NCBI RefSeq assembly: GCF_009914755.1
Contig: NC_060935.1
Origin: the human T2T-CHM13v2.0 reference genome, Homo sapiens
Length of the DNA: 64,000 nucleotides
Direction: 5' to 3' (one strand)
The notes under the pieces: generated by a model
What the model saw: only the letters and a program-made list of their open reading frames with translations
Told to the model about the DNA's origin: nothing
Database searches by the model: none
In this document: in pieces, positions 42,883-59,069 of the stretch
Layout: each line of letters opens with the position of its first letter
Position numbering within the stretch: position 1 is the stretch's first letter
Position numbers and translations under genes: made by a program

Positions 42883-43948
42883 TGTTACTAACAGTTGAAA
42901 ACTTGAATGTTGCCATAAATACGCAATGGATATGGTTTCAGGTTTGTAGCTAAGTATGATTCCCTCACAGCAGACATGTGAGCCAAAAGACTGAACAGTG
43001 TTGACATCAGATATTATTTTATTTACTTTAAAACTGGTTATATGGATAACATACTTTGTTTTGCACAACACAGTAGGCAGTCAATAGGTGAAGTATTTGT
43101 TCCTGTTTAATGGTGGCCTGTTATATATCACAGCTGCTGAAGCAGAGGTTCAGAAAAGTCAAATTACTTCACTGAGATTGGGTAACCTAACTCCCAACTT
43201 AAATAAATCTAATGCCTTTCTACCACTGTCCTGCCCTCTTTTCTGATTGTGGAAGGCCCTGAAAGCATTACCAAAGTTTCAAAGTTACCTAAATAACATT
43301 TCCTAAAAATGACATCTAACGAATAATGAAACATCAAAGTAAAATAGATTTTTTATATCATTTAATGAGTAGTTAAGACTAGGTAAGACTCTGTGCTTAG
43401 TATCTATTTGTATGGAAACCATCTCATTATTTGACATACATTACGTATAGAATATGTAACAGTTAAATTGTTTTATGTTTTGGGGCCCCTCCCCAAGTTA
43501 TTTTGCTAACTTACAATATGAATCTTTGTAGATGATTGAAGACATTCTGTAGTGTTACCAAACTTGTTAAAAGTAAGTGGTAAAGAACACAGAAGGTTCC
43601 TTGACTGTTTGTATTATTTTCATCAAAATGGCTGGAGGAGGAGTTGGTGGTGTCAGCAGTTTACGTTACAAGTTCCATATACACTTTATTTTGATGAAGA
43701 CCATTTGCCCACTTTGCTAAGAAGCGTTTAGTGTGGATTTTCCTGACTCTTTTCCTGGTGATTTACCCTTTGGGAAATGTTTCCCTCGCTGTTAGACTTG
43801 TGTTGTAATAATATTTTGGGTGGCCGAAGCCCTGTTATGTTGTTAACAGTTGAAAATTTGAATGTCACCATAAATATACAGTGAATGTGGTTCCAGATTT
43901 GTAACTAGATTCCCTCACTGTAGTCGTATGAGCCAGCCGACTGAACAG
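42883..43948. repeat. Dispersed direct repeat, about 115 bp (42883-42998 and 43838-43948)
   Basis: TAACAGTTGAAAA.TTGAATGT..CCATAAATA..GATTCCCTCAC..TGAGCCA..GACTGAACAG in both copies. Confidence 0.88.
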
Positions 43949-46513
43949 ATCCTTATTTGGAAGCCACTGGTGTCTGATGTGGCCACAGAACACTGATTAT
44001 AACTTTGTTTGACTGCCTAAACCTGTCTTCCTTCCTGGTCCTTGGTTGAGGGCATTACTCCTAAGTCATGTCATGACAAATGAGGTCAGAGTTGGTACCC
44101 ATCACATTTGTTTCATCTTCACAGTTTTTTTTTTATTCTGTGCCTAGACTGACAATTATAAAATGAAAAGATAATACTGCCAATGTCTGTAACCTATATA
44201 AGAAAGTTCACTTCTTTTTGACATCTGACATGTAGTAGTTCCATTTAAAATAGTATTTGTTCAGGAATGTCAGTTTAAGCAAAACAGTAGAATATGAGAA
44301 AACCACCAACCATCTTTTGAAGAGGTTGAATTGCTATTTTGGCTCTTTTGGGTAAATAAATGTCTTACTGTATGTAAAGATCTGAGATTATGAAAGAACA
44401 TGTAAAATTGCTAGGTCAATTATTTTCCTGAAATAACTGTTGTTATTCATAAAAATACCCAGGTGCTAATAAGTCTGCCCTGCTAATTTTGATGCAGGTT
44501 GTTTGGGAACCACATTTTGAAAAACACTTACAGCAGACTTTCTGTAACTAAAATTTCTCAGGGCTGTTTTAAAATATTTCTTTATTTTTAGTTCTGCCAT
44601 TTCTCTTTTTTTGCCTTTTCCCTGTAAGGTGATTATTACGAAAAGAGCTAGGTGGACCTTATCATTGGAATTCTAGTCTTTGTTTTCAGTTCATACTCTA
44701 ATGACATCTGTTGTTTTCTATATCATGAAATCAGGACAAATACAATTTTTGAACTTTTGGGAGGAATATTCTCAGTCACTATGGCATTAGGAAAAGATGT
44801 TCAATTTTGCTGAACGTAACTTCAGGTACACGCCATTTGGGATCAAGATTGAGAGAACTGTGCTTGCTTCAGGAAGCCTCCACTTGAGCTTTGGCATTAT
44901 TCTCATGGCTGGTCCATCCTCACCCTTTCCTTAGGGAATAATCATTTCCCAGGGGAGATGTATTATATATAAACATGTCAGCATGTCACTTTTTTTGTCA
45001 ACATGTTTAAGTTGTGTTTAAATTGGTTTCATGCTTGCGGGCAAATGTTAATTTTATCAAACCTAAAGCTATAGGGTCAGATTATAGTGTGGTGTACAGT
45101 TTGTAGACTTATAATAAATGGTCATGTTTGCTTTTATGTATTTCTGCTCATACTTGTTCATAATTTTAACTCATTAACAGCCTTCAGTGATAGCTTAATT
45201 ATTTAAATTTCAATTTAAGATTCTGATATCCTGTAGTGCAGAAACCATATTATCATAGAGGCAAAATGTTTACGTCTTCTCATGCATGTCAAGGAAATAT
45301 AGTATATGCATAATCACTGAATTTTTGAGGTTCTAGAAATAGTCCACCATGGACATATACAAATATAAAAAGCCTATAGTTGTGGTTTAGGAACTGTGGC
45401 TCATGGAAGGATTAGATTGAACAATGTATCATTGTTCCTAGAGTCAGTTAAGCGTGTAGGTTTAGCTAGTTTGGGAACAGCCTCTAGCATGTGACTCTAT
45501 AACACTTGCACAACAAACATGGGCCTGATAAGTGAGCAGTAAATCTGGGCTGACTGCCCACTCCCAGTACTGCCATCATAGTATTTTGAGGGCCTGACAA
45601 CAATATTAAAAGCTTAAAACATTCTTCACACCGTTTTGTATTATTCCTGGTTTTCCAGTTTTATTGTTTACTAAAAGTCAATTTTTCTTAATAAAAAAAG
45701 ATTGTTTAGTTGGTCATTTGATTTCTCATTAGATACTAGGCTTTGTGAGGTCTTACATATATTTAAGTTCAAGTTTTCTCACTTTTCTTCAGGGAAGTGG
45801 GTGACTTGGTTGTCCTGATGTCTCTTTTGGGCACATAAAGCACATTTTTGTCATGTTATCTTTGTTCACTTTTATCAGAAAAAATTCAGTGTCTGAGCAG
45901 GTCACTATCATCAAAAGTGCATGTTTGGGTTTTTTTCTCTTTTCCCCTTACAACACAATGAAGACAGTCTTAAAGGTGTGTTAGGGGCTTAAACACTTGA
46001 CAGCTGCATTTTTAAAAAAGTTTCTAATTATGGTATTTGGAGTGTCCATAAAAAGCTTCTATTTATAACGTTTGTAGATTATATTAAATTCCTAACGCCT
46101 AATTTGTGCCATCTGACATCACGAAATCTTAGCAGACTTGGAAGGAACCAGTTTGTTAGGTAGCTGTGCACAGGTACAAACGATTTAAGATTACACTCCT
46201 GGGATTTTGTGAAAAATCGGTTTTACAAGTTTTTTAGTTTAGAAGAAACATATTTTCAAAAATGGATTAAGAAAAGAGGACAAAAGATACAATATAGTTA
46301 GGTTTAAGTTTAAAAACAGTTTCATTCTACTGATACTAGTTCTAGATTTTAACCAAGATGGAATCATTTTACAAATTGAGAGTTTCAGAGGTTGCTTAAC
46401 TCCTCAGATTAGTGGTTTTTGCTTTATCATGGACACAAAATATTTACCCTCCAGGCATATGTCGTTCTTAAAACAATGTTGTAGGTGATCAAATCTCAAA
46501 GTAGTATCTAAGG

Positions 46514-46670
46514 CAGTGCTTCTCAAACTTCAACGAACATACAGAGGATCTCATTAAACTATAGATTCTTCATCAGTGGGTTGGGTGGAGCCTGAGTTTC
46601 TGCAGTTTTAACTAGCTCCTGGGTGTGCTCAGTGCTGCTGGCCCAAGGCCCACACTCTTGAATAGCAGGG
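46514..46670. mobile_element. MER5 (hAT-Charlie) MITE
   Basis: CAGTGCTTCTCAAACTT..GAGCCTGAGTTTCTGCAG..GCTGCTGGCCC..CACACT. Confidence 0.7.
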
Positions 46671-47251
46671 GTATGAAAGAATTGATAGTATCCATTCTTT
46701 GAAGTTTCCAAACCTTATCACAGTACCAGTATCAATGTTAATCTCTTTCTTAGTATATTATTTTTAGTTATTTATTTTACTAACCTACATGAGCACTAAC
46801 CTCCTACTAGTGCTTTCACAAATTAGCATTATAAAATTATAATCCTAAACTTTGAAGATAGGTATAAGAAAGTCATCAGTGTTTTCATTACTATAAAGCC
46901 CATTTTGATTATGTTGTTCAGTGTTCCTTAAATAAGGGTTATAGATTCAGCATTTGAAAATAAAACACACAATCAAGAATTTGAAGTGTGTTTTAGAATT
47001 TATTAGGATGAGCTTTGGCTAATGCTTAAGAAATATTGTTTATTCTTTGCTTTGGTTTATATTGACAGAACCGACTATCTTATGGCTTAAGTAAAAATTG
47101 ATTGTATGGAAAGGTTTTTAGCAATTAATATTTTGCGGCATTTGGTTATAGGGATGAGATTTTTATTTTATTTCCAAATTATTATGTTGTTCCCCTTCCC
47201 CTAGGAGCCAATATAGTCTACACTTGCTGAGTTCCTTTTCTAGTTCATTCT

Positions 47252-47411
47252 CTGTCTCTCTCTGTTTGTTTGTTTGTGTTTGTTTTTGCTGGCGAGGTGT
47301 TTATTGACAGGTTGTGGTGCCGCACAGGTCCTCAAAGCCCAGCCAGCCAGCAGGTACCCAGGGCGCAGTGCTCAGCCTGCAGCAGGAGGGTCTCCGTTCA
47401 CATGTCCAGGC
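47252..47411 (-). pseudogene. 5'-truncated processed-mRNA (retrocopy) 3'-end fragment, parent gene unidentified
   Basis: Minus strand: about 124 nt GC-rich sequence, AATAAA (47305-47300), 12 nt, then a decayed A tail (47287-47252). Flanking 14-bp direct repeat TTCTAGTTCATTCT (47238-47251) / TTCTGGTTAATTCT (47412-47425). Confidence 0.7.
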
Positions 47412-48097
47412 TTCTGGTTAATTCTTTCCCTAAGCTGATAGCTCTCTGCAGGTTGAAGTAACGGTCCAGAAACATTTTTATCATTTCTGTTCCTTGCCTT
47501 CAAACCTGTGGCATCTACCTACTGCATCTCTTCATTACTTATTGGTGAAAACCAAACTCCTATTAAAGCTCTTAAACTAGACCTGTCATCTTCACTTAAC
47601 TGAACTCTTATCTCATTTTTAACAAAACATATTCTTGGCCCATTCACCATGAAGTTTTTCCTATTTTAAATATTGGGGTAGCAACAGAATGAAATTTTTG
47701 AGGGCTTTTTGCGTACCAGGAGTCACAGTCCTGGTTGCTTTTATATATGTTACTGAATTTAATTACCTCAACCCTGGAAAGTAAGTAAATAAATCAGTCC
47801 CACTTTATTGAAGGTAGAGCAGATTGATAAAAATTGCCCACACAATCCAGATTGTCATTGGCAGAGCTGGGATTGTAATATACATCTGCTTGACTTTTCT
47901 TTTCCACAGAGGAGTCTTCCAAAAGGAGGAGGCTTCTGGGTCTTTAAAAGGTTGGATAGAAATTAGGTGCTTTGTGGGCCAGTTGGGGAAAAGATTACCC
48001 CTGGAGGAAGAGTAGCGTCAAGAAATGTATCAGACATTTCAAAAGAATCAAAAATCTATATTAAATTTGTATAGCTGACAAAACCTGATTTACATAA

Positions 48098-48418
<321 letters not shown>

Positions 48419-49127
48419 TAAGCTTCAAACCACCAACTTAAAGGTGTAGAAATAGTAAGCATAATACCGCCATAACCAGTTTATCTCTTTACCAGTGCTA
48501 TCAGTTAACAAATCATGAACATTGTGTATTATGTATATTACATGTAGCTTTCTGTTCTGACAGCAGAGTTTATGTGCTAGTTCTGGATTCGTCTTAATAG
48601 ATGATTTGAAAAAGAAAGCATTTAAAAGGATTCTCTGTAAAAATTCTACTCGGCTAGTAGCAAACTTATCATTTTAGAAAAACCGTTTTTTACTTTGAGA
48701 CCAGTAAGATGGAGTGACAAGAACTCCCAAGCCAGAAGCTAAAAGACGTGTTTTTATTCCTGGTAATGCCACATAACTGGAATTGCAGTTGCCAGTAGTA
48801 CGAGAATTTGCTTAACTTTCACCAGCCAATGAAGTTATTTGCTTGCTTTCTTACCTCCTATTACAGTGGAAGCAATGCTTGTATCCTATTCCTTCCTGCT
48901 CTCTGAAGGATGACTGTGCCCCATCAATAATCCCTTTGCACATCTTCAGCTACTCTGTGTTCACATTTAAACACTTGTATCCCTTCCTCTTGAAAAAACA
49001 AGAACTCATAACCACCTATTTAGCTTTTTATTTCCTGTGCACAACTAAATTTGTCTGCTTCTTTACTTCCTACTCACTGTACTCTCACTGTCCCTCTAAA
49101 ATGGCTCTTGGCCAGTGTCACCAATAA

Positions 49128-49404
49128 TTTCTTTCTTTTTTTTTTTTTTTTTTTTTTTTTGAGATGGAATCTGGCTCTGTTGCCCAGGCTGGAGTGCAGT
49201 GGTGCCATCTCGGCTCACTGCAAGTTCCGCCTCCCAGGTTCTCGCCATTCTCCTGCCTCAGCCTCCCTGAGGAGCTGGGACTACAGGCGCCCGCCACCAC
49301 GCCTGGCTAATTTTTTGGTATTTTTAGTAGAGATGGGGTTTCACCGTGTTAGCCAGGATGGTCTCGATCTCCTGACCTTGTGATCTGCCCGCCTCGGCCT
49401 CCCA
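49128..49404 (-). mobile_element. AluY-like, missing extreme 5' end
   Basis: CACCGTGTTAGCCAGGATGGTCTCGATCTCC and GGCGCCCGCCACCACGCC diagnostics. Confidence 0.92.
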
Positions 49405-49425
49405 GAGTCTTTCTGTGTACTTTCA

Positions 49426-49427
<2 letters not shown>

Positions 49428-49467
<40 letters not shown>
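49428..49467. repeat. (CA)~20 microsatellite
   Basis: Uninterrupted AC run. Confidence 0.95.
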
Positions 49468-49472
<5 letters not shown>

Positions 49473-50512
49473 AATTAGCCTTGTCCAATACATACTGTTT
49501 TATAACCTATTTTTAAAAACTGTATTATTAATATTTTTTCATATTATATGTTCTTCTAAAACATTTTCAGCAGCTGCATACAGTCCATCATATATATCCA
49601 TGTTTAACCAATTCCCTATCATTAAATGTTAACTGGCTTTCAAATGCTTGCTGTAATAAATGATACTGAAGAGATGTTTATATATAAGGGTTTTATTACT
49701 TCTGGCTATTAATGCAGGATACTTTTTAAGGTAGTTTTATTTGTATAATATATCTAGTTTTTCTTTCATTGAAACAATGAAACTTTGCTACAAGAAAACT
49801 TAGTACTTATTGCAAGTTTGTATGTCAGATAACGTGCTAGATGCCTTGCAGTCTTACATTTCATGGTATTTAGCTGTTTTAATTCCCAACTTTATAGATT
49901 AAGAAATCTATATGTATACATGTATTTCTCAGTAAGTTAACAATTATGTAGAAAATGTTCAGCAAACATCAAAGGGCTTTGTGTAAGAACATGTTATTCA
50001 GGAGCCACAGGGGAAAATGAAAACTTACAGATGAAGTTTAAAGTTCTGCTTTGGCTTTGGAGTATGTAAGAAGATGACTTTTGGGGTTTTGTGGTGTTTT
50101 ACCTTAAAAAGGCGTTTTAGGCCTAAAAATTATGTTATTTGGCATTCTTATCTCTAGGAGAAAATAAGTGTATGAATTTCTTATGAATCTTGGGTTTTAG
50201 TCATATGGTTACTCTTTTAGTTTACAAACTACATTGTATCTTTGCATTAGAAGGGGTAATAATTATCTTAATAGTTGAAGATGATTTCCTTTCACTTAAA
50301 ATTCCAGGCATAACTTTTTCAGATGTTGCACTTGTAAGATCTAAGAGTTGAAAGTTGAGTGATTTAAGGGTGAAAAATGTCTGTTGCAGAGGGAGGCTGG
50401 TGGGAGCAGTGAGATGCTGTGACTTAATGCTTTTACAGAGCTCGCTTGGCACCCTTTGATTATGAGCCCACAAGATAAGAATTGTTTTTGGAACCTGGTA
50501 TTTGTTTCCTAA

Positions 50513-50656
<144 letters not shown>

Positions 50657-52099
50657 TGAGACACTGTAATTACAGCACATGGAGTAATGCTTACGCATTG
50701 GTAAAAGTTGATGTGGAAAATAGTCATTACTCGTTTACAGAAACTGGGACATGGTGATGTTTATTGTCTCTCCAGTTTCATACAGAAGACATAGTCTATT
50801 TTAAAATAACGTAAGCTATATTATTGCCTTGTATAGTTGTTAACGCATAAGGGGGCCGATAACTGAAAGCCAGTGGTTCTTTAAGATTTGGTTCTGAAGC
50901 GGGTATCTCAAATTTGTAGTTCTGTTAATTTTGACGTATTTGGTTTTATTCTGCTGCTTTCTTGTGTCTCAGGTATTTGAGTTGAATTTACCCTCTTCCC
51001 TTTGTGGTTTGGATGGAAAGCCAAGCTATAGTGTTCTTATTTTTTATTATTATTATTTTTTTTTTCATTTTTTTTTTTGCTATGGTGTTCTTAACCCAAC
51101 TTTTAATGTGGTGTTATTCATTCTACTCTGAAAATATCTGGAAGGCAGTAACTTTTGTAAACCCAAAAGAATATTTCTTATTCCCAGGGCAAGCATGGAT
51201 TATTAAACGCATCTTCACCTTTTTTACTAGAAGATAAACCTGAGTATAAATCTTTTTCTACCTCTTATTTGGCAATTTACTTGAATATGCAGTTTTTCTC
51301 ATCTACATAATGGGGAGTAACAGTGCCCCTTATGATAGAAGGGAAGATATGAAAGGAAATAATACAATTTATATGAAGCCTCTAGTAATTACAGAGTAGG
51401 TACTAAGTGAAAGTTTAGCCCCTTCATCTTCCTTATCACATACTGTCTGGCGTCTTTCTCCTTTGTTAGGTGGGTTCAAGGCCACAGTTAGCCCATTATG
51501 TACCTTTGTACATATTAGGAAAAGGTGCCCTTCCTCTGGGAAGATGTAACATTGTGCCTGGCATCAGAGATTGGAGCATTTGGGCTGGATTTCTGACCAC
51601 TCCCCTGGCCCCCACGCTTTACCCCGCTGCTCAGTGCCCAGGTTCAGGACACAGATGGCAACAATAGTATGTGGCAGCTCTAGTAGACTTGATGGCTTTC
51701 TCCACCGCCCATGCATTTTCCCTAGATAACAAGCATATTTAGTAGCTACACAGTAGATTTCTTAAACAGCAGTCTTTGGCAAGGGACTGTTGTGGTTGGG
51801 TGGGAAGGGTGGTACCATTAGTTGACAGGAGGGTTCCTTGACTAGGCGAATTCACAGAACTTGAAATGTCCTTCTGCCCCTCGTGCTGGAATGTTTCTGC
51901 TGTTACATACCTCTGCTCTTGCTTTTGGTGGGTTGAACATTTGAGTTCTAAAGAGTTAAGAGTGGAAAACAAAGAAAATGGCAACATTTGTGATTGGGCT
52001 TTTCTTGACATAGACTTTAAATTCTGAAGAAAAATTCCTTAAATCTAAATTTAACTCATTATACTACGAATACATTCTCAGAATCTCTTTTATATGTGA

Positions 52100-52411
<312 letters not shown>

Positions 52412-52794
52412 CCTAATTAAAAAAATTTTAAGACAAAAATTGTACAAATATTAATATTTTTACTTGGCAACTATTATGTTTTTTTATTACCAAATTTTCA
52501 AATAAAGTTGTGAAATCTGCCCTGTATTTATGGTTAAACAAGATGATTCACATTATTCATTTTGTCATGCTCCATCTAAAAATTATCTCGGCAGTTAATG
52601 ACAGATAACATTAATTTAAACTTTATTTTGGAAGAGTAAGTATTTCGCGTCTAACAAGGTTGATTGTAATTCTTTTAGAACATTGCTTTGGTTGTGTCCT
52701 ATTATGTTTTCTGATGGTGATGGTCTAGAGAAATGAGAGTATTTCGGCTGAAATTTATGCTTTAAGTCAAAGGTATGTATCAACTTGGTTTTAG

Positions 52795-53101
<307 letters not shown>

Positions 53102-53151
53102 GGTTTTAGTGGGTTTGAAAATAATTGTGGATGTTTTATTTCAGCTGTATG

Positions 53152-53455
53152 TCCTGGGCAGGTACAGTGGCTCACACCTATAATTTCAGCACTTTGGGAG
53201 ACCAAGGTGGGAGGATCAGTTGAGCCCAGGAGTTTGAGACCCGCCTGGGAAACATGGTGAAACCTTGTCTCTACAAAAAAAAAAAAATAGTCTGTCATGG
53301 TGGTGCATAAGTGAAGTCTCACCCAGTTCTCAGGAGGCTGAGGTGGGAGGATGGCTTGAGCCTGGGAAATTGAGGCTACAGTGACCTGTGATTGCACCAC
53401 CATACTCCAGCCTAGGTGATAGAGTGGGACCCCATCTTAACAACAACAACAAAAA
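53152..53455 (+). mobile_element. Alu (J-like) with (CAA)n tail
   Basis: Diverged full dimer. Confidence 0.9.
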
Positions 53456-55532
53456 TTTTTGTCTTGTTTGTAAAATATGAAATGTTTTAATATATTACAT
53501 AAAAATTAGTATGCATATACATGTCTAAATAATAGAGCTATATGTAGTAAAGAGGTGACTTTGACACAGTTTCAGTGGAGTGGCAAAAAGCGTGACTGGA
53601 GGGTTAGGAGTGAGGGGGAGAAGGCATAAAGGAGAGGGTTGTGAGGAGAGAGTTGGAAGAAGGAACTGAAATGAGAAAAGCCACCTCTGAAGAGGCTTGA
53701 GCATGTTTACAGCGTGCTAGAAGGTATTTAACAATAATAATAGTATAATAATAATTCTTATTTATATACCAGGCATTCAGTGAAGGTCCATTTTGCACTG
53801 TCTCATTTAAGATCCCATGTTCTTCACTGTATGTTAACCAGGGATAGGATAACTGACAGATAGGATAACTGACAGAGCGAAGCCTCCGATAAAGCAGAAG
53901 CGACAAGGAACCACTAACGAACGTCCTGGAGGCGCTATTTTTAAATACTATTAATAGTAGATAATATTGGGGAACTGCTTCTCCAGAAGGTGATGGGTGT
54001 GGAGATGATGTTTGTTTAAGGAGGCCTTGTTTCAAATAAAATACTGTTCACTCAAGAGAAGAGAATATTCAAAGAGAGCACTCGAGGTTATTGCCTTTTA
54101 TGGGGACGGTCAGACAGTATGATGGGGAAGGGAAGAGACTAGCTGATGGGTCCAAAACCAAAGGCTTTTTAAAACATCCGCAACACATTGATTCTAGGAG
54201 TCAGTCAAAACTTTCCAAATTAGAGTGAAGTGTTATCTTAAATATATATGAATTCCCAGAATCAGACAAGTTTATATCTGGATTATTCTGAATTTGGTCA
54301 TATGGAGACCTGCTGATCAAGTGCTGAGGGTACTGATAATATCTTTACAGCACATGCCTCTTTTTCCTCTAAATTACATACACTTGTCTGTTGTCTTTTC
54401 TTCCATTTCAGTGGAAGCCCATGGTTTTGACATGTTTTGGAATGAATGTCACTGTAATCTTGATATACCTCATGTTCACATAAAATAGCCGTAACGTCAT
54501 GTTGACATGTTAATAAGGTTTCAGTAAGCAAAAGGATGCTCTTCTCTACTTGGAAAAATGATCTTTTAAGGAGTTTTTAAAATGTTAGAGACAGTGAACA
54601 AGGACAACTGTGAGAGCATGTAAGTAAATTTTGAGGGTATTTAATGTAACAAAGCAGAAAATGGCTTCCGTGAAGCAGGGTATCTACAGAAAAGTTTCAC
54701 CCTGAAGGGAGTGTCTTCTGAGTCTGCTAACCCGAAGCCTTCACATAAAAGAGAAAGCTACACCGTGCTTTTGAAGCACTCTACTGGGTTAATCATGCTA
54801 AATGCAACTTGATTTACATTTTTATTACTCATTATTTAATAAGGACTTCCTCGCTTTGCTTTTTTTTGAAAAAGAATTCCCATCATTCATAATTGAGTCC
54901 AGCTTCATGTTCTGCTCTGAGATCTTGTTCCTCATCCAACTGCTTTCCTTAAGATACTGTAATTTCCTCTATACTCCCCAAACCTGTTTTCTGCATAATT
55001 TTCATGGTTGACTAGGATGAAAGATCTTTTAAGATTCTTTCCAATTCTTAAGATTTTATGAAACTCTATTTTGTTTTCTAATTGGCTTTAGCAAAAATGA
55101 TCAGTATAATTATGCTTTTATAAGTCCTTTTTCAAAATATGAGGTTGAAATGGTAGATACTACGTATAGCCTAGAGACCAGTGGTTTGTGATTGGGCAAA
55201 TTTCCAAATATCTATAACTGAGAATCACCCAAAACAAAGATGCACCTGGAAAAGGTTCTAGAGGCAACACTCAATACATCCTTGGAAGAAGATTAATTTA
55301 TATTCTTTAACTGTGCCATTTAAGTGGCAGGGTAAATGACAGCAAGCTTTGTGAAAGAATTTGAAAGGTGAAGAAGAGGAAAATGGAAAAATAAGAGGAA
55401 ATGGAATAATGTATTAAGATAATGGTTGTACTTTACTTTATATTAAAATATTCAATGTATAAATATATGTATAAATAAGTCTAGTCTATTAAATTACTTG
55501 AGGTGAATGTCCTTTGAAAGTTAAAATTTATA

Positions 55533-56131
<599 letters not shown>

Positions 56132-57099
56132 GTTATAATATAAATTAGTTATTATATATAATAGCCTTTTGATGCCTGCTTAGGATCCGTAGTTTTTCTC
56201 CCCATATTGAGAGTTAGGTAAACATTTCATGATTTTTGTGTTCAGCATTAGAAAAGAAAGCCCTGGGGAGTGAAAAGTGATACTTCCTTAGCTCTATGTG
56301 TATGATATATATTAAATTTTTAAATAGTGTACTTGTTAACACTGATCCACAAGATTGCTGAATCTTCAAGGGACAGTAAAGTCAAAGTATATTCTGTGAT
56401 AATCCAGAAATAACTGTATGACAAATGACTAGGATCAATAAAAGTTATGTCTTGATTTATATTAAGCAGAATCAACCCATTTATCTGCTTTTGAGAAATG
56501 TACATTTGATAACAACCCAAAGCCTAAATGTCTTATTACAGGTACATTTTAGAGAATTCATTATTTATATGCTTTAAAGTTAGAAATTGTTGGGATTTAT
56601 TTGACAGTTCCCAACTCTACCAATGTAGCACTTTCAGATTTCTTTATTATGAAAAACTGTGAGGATTTCCTAGGAAATACCTCAAGATGGGTGGAGAAAA
56701 TGCCCTCTTGATCATGAAAGGTGATACGTGTTAGAGGAATGTGCTAAGCACCTTCCTTGAAGTGGGGAAAAATGTTCAGAAGCAAGCAAAGTGAGTAGTA
56801 TAGAGCTGCCTTAAGGTTTGCCTCTTGTGTTCTCCTGCCTGCCTGTGTAATATCTCTCAGCACTGAAGATCAAATGAGAGATTGTTACCAAGAAAAATGA
56901 GAGAGCTAGAAAATAGATGTGAAATATAAAAATGATGGGTAAATTACACATTGATTTAGGTTTTAACTTTAAAAAGCACAGAGAGGGTAAAGATGTGAGA
57001 AGTTGCAGAACCAACAGGGTTGAGGTGTTGGTAATTCCTGCTTTATGTGCTGTAATTCAGAAACTTTAAAGTTTTACTTTTCACCTTTGAAACTGAGAG

Positions 57100-57340
57100 A
57101 CAGTTTACATTAAGGGTTAAGACCAAGGGCTCTGGAAATCCCATGGACCTGATTTGAATCCCAGGCGTCATCTATTGTCCATGAAATCTTGGACAAGTTA
57201 CTGTATCTACCTGTATTCTTCACTTAGAAAAATGAGATAATAACTCATAGGGCTGTTGTGAGCATTAAATGACAGAATCCATATCACATAGTTAAAATGT
57301 ATTATTAATAGTGTACAGTGCCTGGTATAAATGTGATAAA
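57100..57340 (+). mobile_element. MIR
   Basis: GGTTAAGACCAAGGGCTCTGGA..TTTGAATCCCAGG..TTGGACAAGTTAC..AAAATGAGATAATA. Confidence 0.7.
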
Positions 57341-58752
57341 ATAAATGTGATCTGATATTTTAGAATTTAATCAGTTTGTAATACCTGGTAGCCACTGTTA
57401 CTTTGTTAAAAATCTGTTACCACACTATCTTTGAAGTTATGTTTATCTCTATAGGCTTTTTATCATCAAATTGAGGTCATTGGCTCTTCCAAGTAGTTGG
57501 TTCCTGATTCTTCTAAAAGTTCTGGATTATTATAAGATGGAAATTGTCAGTCTGAAGTCACAATATATGGGAAAAGACTATACTAACGGGAAACCTAATA
57601 GCAGTGAACTATAACAAAGCCCAAAGTCAGAGCAATGAAGAGATAGTGTATTTGACTAGTTACTCTCGGGCTTGTATTCCAAATACCTTTTTTAAAAACT
57701 TTTAAAATAAAAACATTTATTTTTTTTGAACAAAATTGCTGTTTTCTTTTTCCCATCTAGAAGTTCAGGTAAATTAAGAGAAATGGCCCTATAAAATGGA
57801 AAAATAGTACAAGGAAAAGCATAATAATCTGGAATCAATATAGCCAATCCTTAAGAAGCTTGGTTTGTTTTATATAGCTTGTGGCTTGATTTATTTGATG
57901 ATTAAGTTCCTGAAAAATGATAATATGGAAACAACCACCATTTTTCTTACTTAAAACTATGGCCAATCCATTTCATTTTAATAAAATATGCCAATATGGA
58001 ATATGATGACTTAAATTTTTTCTTTTTGAAATAAAAAAAGTAATTCAGTTATAATATCCAACTTGCAAATGGCATTAGCTTGTAATTATTGTATCTACTC
58101 TAGTATGGGAGTTCTTCTGAAGTCTTTGTTAAACCCAGTGATGGCTGATAAAGGCACTTTCTAATCATCGTTCTTGACTTAGCTGCATAATGAAGATGCC
58201 ACTCGTGTCAGGGCAACTAATGGCTTTGATTTTACTCTGATGGTGAGAGCCTTTCACTTCGTCTCCACTGGGAATCACTCTGATGTTGTTTAATTCCAGT
58301 CATGATTTTTAAAGTATTAATTTCTTCATTCTTTGTTTAAAGAAACCCACATTCATTATGCTGAGATGTGGGTATATAATTACTTTGTTTTTCAGTAGCT
58401 GCAGATCAGTATTTTTTTTAATAGTGCCACATATTTTTAAAAGATTATTTCAGTTTGAGTATCATGATTATCCACAGTAACTATCTAAATCTCAAATGTG
58501 TTGAGGAGTACTGTGTTTTGTATGCTTAGTTACATGCTTGATTATTCCAGATAAGGTAATTCTTTCCTGTCCTCTTTGCTTTACTTTAGAGATTATCTTC
58601 TAAAAAGGAGGAAACATATAGAAACTCAAGACTGTTGAGTGCTCTTGACCTGATCTTAGAGCACAGATATCAAATATTTTAAAAAATTTACTAGAAGCCT
58701 TTGAAGTAATCATTTGGGATAGTAAAGTTCATTTACATTTTGAATGTTATTA

Positions 58753-59069
<317 letters not shown>

